Shown: positions 34,437 to 47,730 of the stretch, one piece after another
Position numbering within the stretch: the stretch's first letter is position 1
How the letters are laid out: each line of letters opens with the position of its first letter
Assembly: GCF_009914755.1 (NCBI RefSeq)
Contig: NC_060929.1
Reading direction: 5' to 3' (one strand)
From: the human T2T-CHM13v2.0 reference genome, Homo sapiens
DNA: 64,000 nucleotides
Notes under the pieces: model-generated
The model's database searches: none
Told to the model about the DNA's origin: nothing
Seen by the model: the letters and a program-made list of their open reading frames with translations, nothing else
Translations under genes and position numbers: made by a program

Positions 34437-35498
34437 ATAGGGAGAAACCAGCACAACAAGGCTGAAAATTCCAAAAACAAGAATGCCTCTTCTCCTCCAA
34501 AGGATCACAACTCCTCACCAGCAAGGGAACAAAACTGGACAAAGAATGAGTTTGACAAACTGACAGAAGTAGGCGTCAGGAGGTGGGTATTGACAAACTG
34601 ACAGAAGTAGGCGTCAGGAGGTGGGTAATAACAAACTCCTCCAAGCTAAAGGAGCACATTCTAACCAAGTGCAAGGAGGCTAAGAACCTTGAAAAAAGGT
34701 TAGAGGATTTGCTAACTAGAATAACCAGTTTAGAGAAGAACATAAATGACCAGATGGAGCTGAAAAACACAGCACTAGAACTTCATGAAGCATACACAAG
34801 TATCAATAGCAAAATTGATCTAATGGAAGAAAGGATATCAGACATTGAAGATGAACTCAATGAAATAAACTGAGAAGACAAGATTAGAGAAAAAAGAGTG
34901 AAAAGAAATGGACAAAGCCTCTAAGAAATATAGGACCATATGAAAAGACCAAATCCACATTTGACTGGTGTACCTGAAACTGATGGGAAGAATGGAAGAA
35001 AGTTGGAAAACACTCTTCAGTATATTATCCAGGAGAACTTCCCCAACCTAGCAAGGCAGGCCATCATTCAAATTCAGGAAATACAGAACACCACAAAGAT
35101 ACTCCTCGAGAAGAGCAAACCGACGACACAAAATTGTCAGATTCGCCAAGGTTGAAATGAAGGAAAAAATATTAAGAGCAGCCAGAGAGAAAGGTCAGGT
35201 TGCCCACAAAGGGAACCCCATTAGATGAACAGCGGATCTCTTGGCAGAAACCCTACAAGCCAGAAGGGAGTGGGGGCCAATATTCAGCATTCTTAAAGAA
35301 AATAATTTTCAACCCAGAATTTCATATCCAGCCAAACTAAGCTTCATAAGCGAAGGAGAAATAAAATCCTTTACAGACAAGCAAATGCTGAGAGATTTTG
35401 TCACCAGCAGGCCTTCCCTACAAGAGTTCCTGAAGGAAGCCCTAAACATGGAAAGGAACAACCCGTACCAGCCACTGCAAAAACAAACCAAATTGTAA
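34437..35498 (+). pseudogene. L1 ORF1p pseudogene
   Basis: Start codon mutated (AAGATAGGGAGAAACC); 38-bp duplication and several stops; fragments ENFPNLARQA and FQPRISYPAKLSFISEGEIKSF. Confidence 0.9.
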
Positions 35499-35561
35499 AG
35501 TCCATCGATGCTATGGAGAAACTGCATCAACTAACAGGTAAAATAACCAGCTAGCATCATA

Positions 35562-38500
35562 ATGGCAGGGTCATATTTACACATAACAATATTAACCTTA
35601 AATGTAAATGGGCTAAATGCTCCAATTAAAAGACACAGACTGGCAAATTGGATAAAGAGTCAAGACCCATCAGTGTGCTGTATTCAGGAGACCCATCTCA
35701 CGTTCAAAGACACATGTAGGCTCAAAATAAAGAGATGGAGGAATATTTACCAAGCAAATGGAAAAGCAAAAAAAAAAAAAAAAAAAAAGAAAAGAGCAGG
35801 GGTAGCAATACTAGTCTCTGATAAAACAGACTTTAAACCAAAAAAGATCAAAAGAGACAAAGAAGGGCATTACATAATGGTAAAGGGATCAATGCAAACA
35901 GAAGAGTTAACTATCCTAAATGTATATGCACCTAATACAGGAATACCAAGATTCATAAAGCAAGTTCTTAGAGACCTGCAAAGAGACTTAGACTCCCACA
36001 CAATAATAGTGGGAGACTTTAACACCCTACTGTCAATATTAGACAGATCAACAAGACAGAAAATTAACAAGGGTATCCAGGACTTGAACACAGCTCTAGA
36101 CCAAGCAGAACAAATAGACATCTACAGAACTCTCTACCCCAAATCAACAGAATATACATTCTTCTCAGCACCACATCACACTTATTCTAAAATTGACCAC
36201 ATAATTGGAAATAAAACACTCCTCAGCTAATGCAAAGGAAATGAAATCATAACAAACAGTCTCTCAGAACACAGTGTAATCAAATTAGAACTCAGGATTA
36301 AGAAACTCACTCAAAACCACACAACTACATGGCAACTGATGAACCTGCTCCTGAATGACTACTGGGTAAGTAACGAAATGAAGGCAGAAATAAAGATGTC
36401 CTTTGAAACAAATGAGAACAAAGACACAACGTACCAGAATCTCTGGGACACATTGAAAGCAGTGTGTAGAGGGAAATTTACAGCACTAAATGCTCATAAG
36501 AGAAAGCAGGAAAGATCTAAAATTGACAACCTAACATCACAATTAAAAGAACTAGAGAAGGAAGAGCAAACAAATTCAAAAGCTAGCAGAAGGCAAGAAA
36601 TAACTAAGATCAGAGCAGAACTGAAGGAGAAAGAGACGTGAAAAACCCATCAAAAAATCAATGAATGTAGGAGCTGGTTTTTTGAAAAGATCAACAAAAT
36701 AGATAGACTGCTAGCAAGACTAATAGAAAAGAGAGAAGAACAAAATAGATGCAATAAAAATGATAAAGGGGATATAACCAACGATCCCACAGAAATACAA
36801 ACTAACATGAGAGAATACTGTAAACACCTCTATGCAAATAAACTAGAAAATCTAGAAGAAATGGATAAGTTCCTGGACACATACACCCTCCCAAGAGTAA
36901 ACCAGGAAGAAATTGAATCCCTGAGTAGACCAATAATAAGTTCTAAAATGAGGCAGCAATTAATAGCCTACCAACCAAAAACAGTCCAGGAGCAGAGAGA
37001 TTCACAGCAAAATTCCACCAGAGATACAAAGAGGAGCTGGTACCATTACTTCTGAAACTATTCCAAACAACAGAATCCTTCCTAACTCATTTTATGAGGA
37101 AAGCATCATCCTAATACCAATACCTGGCAGAAACACAACAAAAAAAAGAAAATTTCAGGCCAATATCCCTGATGAACATGCATGTGAAAACCCTCAATAA
37201 AATGCTGGCAAACCGAATCCATCAGCACATCAAAGTTTATCCACCGCGATCAAGTGGGCTTCATCCCGGGGATGCAAGGCTGGTTCAACATACACAAATC
37301 AGTAAACAGAATCAATGACAAAAACCACAAGATTATCTCAATAGATGCAGAAAAGGCCTTCGACAATATTCAACAGCCCTTCATGCTAAAAACTCTCAAT
37401 AAACTAGGTATTGACAGAACATATCTCAAAATAATAAGAGCTGTTTATGACAAACCCATAGCCAATACCATACTAAATGGGCAAAAACTGGAAGCATTCC
37501 CTTTGGAAACTGGCACAAGACAAGGATGCCCTCTATCACTACTCCTATTCAACATCGTATTGGAAGTTCTGGCCAGGGCAATCAGGCAAGAGGAAGAAAT
37601 AAAGCGTATTCAACTAGGAAAAGAGGAAGTCAAATTGTCTCTTTTTGCAGATGACATGATTTTATATTCAGAAAACCCCATCATCTCAGCCCAAAATCTC
37701 CTTAAGCTGATAAGCAACTTCAGCAAAGTCTCAGGATACAAAATCAATGTGCAAGAATCACGAGCATTCCTATATACCGATAACAAATGGAGAGCCAATT
37801 GTGAGTGGACTCCCATTTACAATTGCTACAGAGAGAATAAAATATCTAGAAACACAACTTACAAGGGGTGTGAAGGACCTCTTCAAGGAGAACTATAAAC
37901 TACTGCTCAAGAAAATAAGAGAGGACACAAACAAATGGAAAAACATTCTCTGCTAATGGATAGGAAGAATCAATATCATGAAAATGGCCATACTGCCCAA
38001 AGTAATTTATAGATGCAATTCTATCCCCATCAAGCTACCGTTGACTTACTTCACAGAATTGGAAAAAATTACTTTAAATTTCATATGGAACCGAAAAAGA
38101 GCCCACATAGTCAAGACAATCCTAAGCAAAAAGAACAAAGCTGGAGGTACCACACTACCTGACCTCAAATAATACTACAAGGCTACAGTAACCAAAACAG
38201 AATGGTACTGGTACCAAAACAGAGATATAGACCAATGGAACAGAAAAGAGGCTTCAGAAATAATGCCACACATCTACAACCATCTGATCTTTGACAAACC
38301 TTACAAAAATAAGCAATGGGGCAAGGATTCCCTATTTAATAAGTGGTGTTGGGGAAACAGGCTAGCCATGTGCAGAAAGCTGAAATTGGATTCCTTTCTT
38401 ACACCTTATACAAAAATTAACTCAAGGTGGATTAAAGACTTAAACATAAGACCTAAAACCATAAAAACCCTAGAAGAAAACCTAGGCAATACCATTCAGG

Positions 38501-39380
38501 ACATAAGCATGGGCAAAGACTTCATAACTAAAACAACAAGAGCAATTGCAACAAAAGCCAAAATTGAGAAACGGGATCTAATTAACCTAAAGAGCTTCTG
38601 CACAGCAAAAGAAACTACTGTCAGAGTGAACAGGCAACCTACAGAATGGGAGAAAATTTTTGCAATCTATCCATCTGACAAAGGGCTAATATCCAGAATC
38701 TACAAAGGACTTAAAAATTTTACAAGAATAAAACAAACAACCTCATCAAAAAGTGGGCAAAGGATATGAACAGACACTTCTCAAAAGAAGACATTTATTT
38801 GCAGCCAACAAACACGTGAAAAACTCATCATTACTGATCATTAGAAAACTGCAAATCAAAACCACAATGAGATAACATCTCACACCAGTTAGAAGGCGAT
38901 CATTAAAAAGTCAGGAAAAAACAGATGCTGGAGAGGGTGTGGAGAAATAGGAATGCTTTTACACTGTTGGTGGGAATGTAAATTAGTTCAACCATTGTGG
39001 AAGACAGTGTGGCGATTCCTCAAGGATCTAGAATAAGAAATACCATTTGACCCAGCAATCCCATTACTAAGTACATACCCAAAAGATTATAAATCATTCT
39101 ACTATAAAAACAGATGCACACGTGTGTTTGTTGTGGCACTGTTCTCAATAGCAAAGACTTGGAACCAACCCAAATGCCCATCAATGATAGACTGGATGAA
39201 GAAAATGTGGCACATATACACCATGGAATACTATGCAGCCATAAAAAGGATGAGTTCATGTCCTTTGCAGGGACATGGATGAAGCTGGAAACCATCATTC
39301 TCAGCAAACTAACACCAGAACAGAAAAACAAACCCCACATGTTCTCACTCATAAGTGGGAGTTGGACAATGTGAACACAT
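35562..39380 (+). pseudogene. L1 ORF2p (EN/RT) pseudogene
   Basis: MAGSYLHITILTLNVNGLN, CCIQETH, GDFN, QGCPLS and LFADDMILY motifs across several frames with stops; poly-A expansion at ~35768-35793. Confidence 0.92.
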
Positions 39381-40412
39381 GGACACAGGGAGGGGAACAT
39401 CACACACAGGGGCCTGTCGAGGGCTGGGGGGCTTGGGGAGGGATAGCATTAGGAGAAATACCTAATGTAGATGACGGTTTGATGGGTGCAGCAAACCACC
39501 ATGGCACGTGTATGCCTATGTAACAAACCTGCGTGTTCTGCACATGTACCCCAGAACTTAAAAGTATAATAAAATAAATAAATAAATGCAATGTGCTATA
39601 AAATAATAGATACATAGTCATTGTTTAATTTTTGTTGTTTTATTGAAATACAAATGATTTATTTTTATCTGTATATCATCACAGTTATAGAGTTCATAAG
39701 AGTAAAGAGGTTTATCCAAATAGTTATATAGTTATGGTAGAATGTGAATGAATGTATTGGCAAATGTCTTTATCTGTCTCCTCCAGAAGAGGACTTTGCT
39801 ATTAGATTACTGATTTTCTTTTCTCCACAATTGCTTCTCAGCTTGAAGGAGTTGATCAAGTTATTATGTTTGCATTTTTATAGAATCCAGGGCTTTTTAT
39901 TTCCTGGCTAGCATGAGGACCCAGTGAGCCCTGCTAGACAACCTACTAGGTGGGGAGATAAAAATCAGACAAGTAGACAATTTAGCTAATAGACTGACTG
40001 ATCCAAATGAGGCTGCATAAATGAATCTGGACAAAGTTAAATTAAGTGAATGTTTAAACTTAACAGAGACCGTTTTATCTGGAAAGGCGTGAAATACTTT
40101 CAGTTAGTAAGTTCAGTTGTATATAAGAAGGATGTGAGAATTTTTAGACTATAAGAACTACATTTTTCCATGTATCTAAGTGCATTTTCAGCCTCCTATA
40201 TAGTAGTACTTTAAGGGTGGTAAGATTTAATGCCACAATTTCTATATTCCATTTTCATGCAATTTTATTTATTTGCACAACTCTTCACCTTCGTCCTCAT
40301 CCCACTTTCTCAGTTCTAACAATTAAACAAAGAATTGGAAAAGTACAGTTTTTCTTTGTAAAAATATAACATGTATAAACTAGACTTGGAATCACCAATT
40401 TGTAGATGTATT

Positions 40413-40940
40413 TGTCAAGGTCCCAAAAGGAAACAGACGGCACCCTCAAATAGATGCTTCCGAAGAGTTTAATGAAAGTACTATTTACGTAGCTGTTGAA
40501 AGTATTCAGAGAAAACAAAAAGGGATGCTCACTTACTCAGAGACCAACAATGGCCATTACCATCGTTAGATCTGACTATGCAACGAGAAGACACAGTTCT
40601 TGAAATTACAAAAAGGGCTTTAGCATAGGCAAGGGTCGACAAGGCAGGATGGCTTTTAAAAGACTGTGACTACTGCCAAGCCATAGCCCTGACTGGGAGG
40701 AAGCCAAAGGAATGAATTCCCCTAACTCATTGTCCCTCTGTCCTCCCCATCTCCTGCTGATGCCTCCTATTGGCCAAGGTGAACCAGAATCTAAAAGTAA
40801 GGAAGCTGAGGTGAACCAGAACCTAGAAGTAAAGAAGCTGACTGATGCTTTCCCATGCGGTCAGCCTACTTAAGCACAAATCAAGATAAAGACTGGCAGA
40901 GAACAGATTTATAAATGCAAAATGGAGAATAGACAGCACA
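40413..40940 (-). mobile_element. Old ERVL-type LTR (LTR33/LTR41-like)
   Basis: TGTCAAGGTCCCAAAAGGAAACAGACGGCACCCTCAAA...AGAGTTTAATGAA..ACTATTTAC and CCTCCTATTGGCCAA motifs; family uncertain. Confidence 0.5.
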
Positions 40941-41022
40941 GAAGGAAATGAGAAGAAAGCTTCTTTTAAAGCTCAGTCCCCTTTTCTCAGAATCAATGTG
41001 TTGTAAATTTTTAAAATATATG

Positions 41023-41150
41023 TTCTAGTATCAAACAGACATGGTTTTGAAACCCAATTCCTCCCTTTCATAGCTATGAGACCTTGCGAAAGTCACTTCA
41101 ATGTTGATTAATCATCATTAAAGTATACAATAATACCTATGTAACAGGAG
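41023..41150 (+). mobile_element. MIR fragment
   Basis: TCAAACAGACATGGTTTTGAAACCCA...TAGCTATGAGACCTTGCGAAAGTCACTT resembles the MIR core. Confidence 0.55.
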
Positions 41151-42881
41151 GCCAAATTGGCACTCTTGCTCTGTTTTACTTAAAGCCTCAAAACCTAAAA
41201 ATAAAACAATATAAAATAATGTTTTGGGAGCTTGAAGGAATGAAATTAAAAGATTTTATTTAACTAATACAACTGTTATCTGGCACTGATACTGCCTGGG
41301 TCTGGGAGATGTTCAAAGCCGACTTTTTCTTTTATGAGGCATATTTGTGAGATTCAGAGATTCCTTCTAAATACTGGTGTTCTCTTCCTTCACCCCTTCC
41401 ATGCTAAATGAAACAAAATAAAACAATAAACCAAAAACCCTACAAAAACCCATTGGAACGCTCGAGCTGGATGCAACACTTTGTACCTACTCAGAATGTC
41501 TACACAGCTGCTAAAGAGCACATGTAGCACCAGAAATTGATGAAAAGTAAATGAAGAAATAAGATTTGATGAGCAAGAAGTAAAAAAAAAAAAAAGAATA
41601 AAACAAACAAAAAACAGCAAATCTAAAAACAAATTAAAAGCCATTCTACTTCGTTACCTTTCTGAGCTCATTACAACTATCTCCAACTGTTATTCCATCT
41701 CCGTTCTACTTTACTTTCTACATACTTGGTAGTTCTTCAGGCTTGAAACTACTAGTATGATGACAAACCATCTCCTTAACATAAACATAAAAACATAAAA
41801 GGGTAATAAATCTTCAGTGACTGACATACTTGCACAGAAAGATTGAACTTCAGTGGTTGTTAAATGTCTCCTGAGCTAATTACTTAAACTCAAAGGGTTC
41901 AAGACTCTTGAGTGACATCTTTTAGCATTAGAGATGTGAAAGAACCCATCAGTGCTCCACTTAATTGCTCTACTTTTCTGAGGCTTCAATGAATTATATT
42001 TTTTACAAATTTAGGATATGTTCACAACCAGAATCCTTGAATAATTACTATCCCTATATTTTCACAGGTTATCTGCTTGTTAACAAACCTGGATATTTCA
42101 TTACATGCAAGACAGAATTGTGTAACATGATAGTCCCAAGAATAGTAATGCAAATACCTCCATTTTACTCCCAACAATTGCATTTCATTTTATTTTTCTG
42201 ATACAGATAAAAAAATTATCACTGATTATCACTTAGTATTCTCTGTCTTGTCACTAAGCTTTCTAGAAAATTGGAGTTGTTCCACTTTGCAACTCTACCT
42301 CTGCTTCAGCCTCTGGCATTCTGCATATCCCTCAGCACAGGGTAATTAAGTAGTAATGACATCTCATGGGGCACAGCAGCATAATTACTGGAGATATTTG
42401 TTAAGAAGGTATTTGACAAAAGGAAGCTTTCAACTGCTGAGATTTGTAGAATTTCAGTGATAATATAGATTAAACATCTGAGTTAAACTTTTATCACTAG
42501 ATTTGAAACCCTTGTCAAAAATTCTCTTAATCAAAAGGTCAGTGAAATATGAGCTAACTTAGCAAGGAAATGAATTACTCTACTTTAATTCTTTGTTGTA
42601 ATCAACTAGAAAGTAAAATTTTATAACATTGTAATCAACTAGAATGTGAAATAAAGTGAAAAGAAAATGAAGAAAAAAATTCAAATAGTCTGAACTAGAA
42701 GTACAGCCCTAGACTTAGCTCCTAATGCATTAGCAGCCCAAGTGTCTGTTATTGATGATATGGGTACACACTATGTGTCCCTAGATTAATATCAAGTGAA
42801 TTTAAAAGATGAACACAACATATATAAATCATGTCACACAAAGTCTCTTCAGATTACTTGATTTCAAGAAAAAGAGTTATC

Positions 42882-43552
42882 CTGCAGATTCTATTTTACA
42901 AAGATGGTCAAAACAATACCTCCTATCACCCAAGCCCTTCTGGTTTCTTCTTCTTTTAGAAGATAGGGTCTCACTATGTTGCCCAGGCTACACTCAAATT
43001 TCTGGGCTCAAGTGATCCTCCTGCTTTAGCCTCCCGACTAGCTGGGACTACAGGAGCTCACTACTGCAACTTCAAGCCCTTCTGAATTGTGACCTTGCCA
43101 TCCCCCAATCAGGATATAAAATCTAATTTTCTCCCCTTCAGCTTGGGCTGCCTCAGTGACTTGGATGAACAATAGATTGAAGTGGAAGTAATGTTCTGGA
43201 TTTTTAAGACATCTTTCCTTATGACACTATATCAGATCTCGACTCTCTTGAGGTAAATAGCACAAGCCACATGGACTTATTAGGTATGTCAATGGACAGC
43301 TGTAGCTTAACTCCAACCTGACAGCATCATTTGCCTGCCTTGTGAATGCACCATTATGGACATCCAACCTTTGGAAACCATCACATGACTGTGGCCAAAA
43401 CATTATCTCACTAAAACTACATGAGAAACCGCAAACAAGAGTCACACAGTGACCCTAGTCAACACAAAGAACCATGGGATATAATAAAGTATTGTTTCAG
43501 GCTATTAAATTTCGGGGTGGATTTTTATGTAGCAATAGTCGAGCAGTAACCA
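42882..43552 (+). mobile_element. MLT1G/H-like LTR interrupted by a FLAM
   Basis: GCAGATTCTATTTTACAAAGATGG...GTGACCTTGCCA start; TTTTATGTAGCAATAG end. Confidence 0.6.
42943..43072 (-). mobile_element. FLAM (free left Alu monomer)
   Basis: ~130-bp monomer GGGTCTCACTATGTTGCCCAGGCT...GCTGGGACTACAGG; 12-bp TSD CAAGCCCTTCTG at 42931-42942 and 43073-43084. Confidence 0.85.
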
Positions 43553-43633
43553 AAATATATGGTCAGGGAATTGATCATGTTTTCTCTTATTTTCTCTATT
43601 CATTAAATCCCATTTGCCCTATGGTGATGTTGC

Positions 43634-43930
43634 TTTTTTGTTTTGTTTTGTTTTAAGACAGAGTCTTGCTCTGTCACCCAGGCTGGAGTGCAATGGCGTG
43701 ATCACTGCAAAGCCCCCACCTTCCGGATTCAAGCGATTCTCATGCCCCAGCCTCCCCAGTAGCTGGGATTACAGATGCACACCATCATGCCTGGCTAATT
43801 TTTCTATTTTTAGTAGAGATGGGGGTTCACCATGTTGGCCAGGCTAGTCTCGAACTCCTGACCTCAGGTGATCTGCCCACCTCAGCCTCTCAGAGTGCTG
43901 GAATTACAGGCATAAGCCACTGCACTGGCT
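43634..43930 (-). mobile_element. Alu (AluSx-like) with (TTTTG)n tail
   Basis: Reverse Alu dimer containing CTCCTGACCTCAGGTGATCTGCCC. Confidence 0.9.
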
Positions 43931-44727
43931 GCCTTCATCTTAATAGCACCTAAATAACTTATTTTCAATATTCTAGTTGTCATTCCTATATTCTGAAGAC
44001 ATTAATTTTTGCTGATCTTTCTAATACAGATTCATCTCTCAGATACTATTTATTCTTTTATTTCACATCATAGTATTTTAAACAACAAATGTGAAAGAAT
44101 ATATTTTCAGACAGCTCTTTTGGAGTGAGATGGGATTTGGAAGGCCATCATTTATATTACTATTTTAAAAATTATGATGTTCTTTGCTATCGTCTCTATT
44201 TCATGAATTCTTTTTGAGCCTATGCTAATGGTAGAACTATTTCCTAGATATCACCTCTGGAAAATGTAGTACTACATGGGAGCTCAACTCTAAGGACATC
44301 ATTTTTTGGCATTTTAAATACAAATAATAACCTAACATTTTCAAAGGCAATTATCTACCATTTGATGGATGTGTCCATTGTTTCCATTCTGATAACAGTG
44401 AAAATTTTTTTACTTCACTTATTAGAGTAACAACATTATTATTTCTGAGTGTTGATTTACACACACACATACATGCACATACAAGTTTTAATAAATATTG
44501 TACAGTTTATACTCTTTTCAGGAGTCTATGATAAAAGGAATAAGTGATTATTTTCTCATTAATTCCAACAATGGATATTGAACTTTACTTTTTTGAAAAA
44601 TAAAAATAGCACTTCATTTATAGTTTCATCTATATTTTTTGTATTTCTGTGATTAATAGTAAGATTGAATAATTATTTTTAGTGTCTTTTAGCTATTTCC
44701 GTACATGTTGTGTTTGCGGAATTTCTT

Positions 44728-46268
<1,541 letters not shown>

Positions 46269-46579
46269 GGAATTTCTTATTAAATATTAACACTGGTTTT
46301 AAGAGTAGCTTCCAACTTTTGGCGTTTATATTTGTATACATATTTCAAAACTTGATAATTTAGATAAGCACAAAAAATTATAATATTTTTGCCCAAGAAT
46401 AATATAATACTATTATAAGTGATGGCTTTTGATGTGCCAAATTTGTCAGGCTAAATGACAGTCCTCAGAATTCCCTTTGTTTTACTATGCTTCCATTTAG
46501 AGTGGGGTACAGAGGATAGTCTCTTTGAAGAGAGTTGGAAGATGAAAGAGAGCAGATGATATTTTGTAACATGCATACA

Positions 46580-46925
46580 TCATTTCTCATGCCCAAAGGG
46601 GTCATACAGAAGAGAAAAAATCATGCATGGGCTCCACAACAGGGACTTGCTCTCACCTAGGCCAACCTGACCACAGCCACTGCTGAGTGCCAAACCTTCC
46701 AGCAGCAGAGTCCACCACTGAACCCCTGATATGGCACCATTTCTCAAGGTGATCAGCCTGGTAAGTTGATTACATTGATCATCTTCCATGATAGAAGGAA
46801 GAGCACTTTGTTCTTAACTGAAATAAACATTTACTCCAGATATAGATTTGCTTTCCATGCCTGGAATGCTTCTTTGAAAACTACCACCTATGAATTTATA
46901 GAATGGTTTACCCACTGCCATGTTA
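46580..46925 (+). mobile_element. ERVL internal fragment (integrase region)
   Basis: CATGCATGGGCTC...GCCACTGCTGAGTGCC..CCAGCAGCAGAG...GATATGGCACCATT...GTTGATTACATTG matches HERV-L pol from the zinc-binding end into the VDYI core; stops present. Confidence 0.8.
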
Positions 46926-47294
46926 TTTTGCTTCTCTGGTTATACTCTGACTGAACCACTATATACATTTTCATTTCCTCTTTATATTCATTTGCAAAGC
47001 TACTATTTCCTATATGTTTAATTTCATGATACTTAAAGTAGAAGTCTCAATTCTTAAATTATCTAAATCTAATTAAGTTGGTATCTCCAACATTGTTCAC
47101 CAAGATTGACTGAGTCAAGTGTCAGTTTCTTGTGGTTCTTCTCCTGCATTGACTCATCCAAGGACTGAATATAAGAAGTCCAAAAAGAACATCCCCCATT
47201 CTCAGATTTCATGCAGGAAAGTTCTTTCTGTGAAATTGTGTGATTTTTTTCCTCTCTGATTACTGCTGCTACATAGTGCTGCCCTTAGACACCC

Positions 47295-47730
47295 TGCAAT
47301 GGGTTGAATTGTGCTCCTTACCACACCCAGAACCTCAGAGTGTGACCTTATTAAATGAAAGGTTTGTTGCACATATAATTAGTTAAGATGAGGTCATACT
47401 AGAGTAGGATAGCTTCTTAATCCAATATGACTGATGTCCTTATTAAAATTTATACACAGTCAAGCAGGCAGAGAGAACACGATATATAGATGGAGGCAGA
47501 GAGCAAGGTCATGCTTCTATAAGCCAATGAACTCCAAAGATTGCTGGAAAATCACACACAGGACAGACAAATAATCCAGACTTTACCCTCACAGTCTTCG
47601 GAAGGAACCAAACCTGTTGATACTTTGATCTTGGATTTCCATCCTCCAGAATTGTGAGACAAAAAATTTCTGTTGTTTCAGCCACCTAGTTTGTGGGATT
47701 TTGTTTCAACAGCGCTAGAAAACTGATACA
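47295..47730 (+). mobile_element. MLT1B/C-like solo LTR
   Basis: TGCAATGGGTTGAATTGTG...GTTAAGATGAGGTCATACTAGAGTAGG...CTCCAGAATTGTGAGA...AACTGATACA; 5-bp TSD CACCC/CACCT. Confidence 0.85.

Larger units (their letters stand above)
33107..39579 (+). mobile_element. Full-length (~6.47 kb) L1PA7-like LINE-1, inactive
   Basis: 5' GGGGG...GGCAAGATGGCTGGATAGGAACAG; ~1.3-kb 5'UTR, ORF1, ORF2; 3'UTR GGAGAAATACCTAATGTAGATGACGG...CAAACCACCATGG; TSD AAATAAATGCA at 33096-33106 and 39580-39590. Confidence 0.95.

Noticed and set aside
34552-34627. Direct repeats of 27-38 bp (here, 40777 and 61191) as CRISPR-like arrays
   Set aside because: Only two adjacent copies each, no spacers, no cas genes, eukaryotic context.
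33107-39579. Possible retrotransposition-competent L1
   Set aside because: ORF1 start lost; multiple stops and frameshifts in both ORFs.
39980-40200. Possible L3/CR1 fragment
   Set aside because: Too diverged to support by eye.
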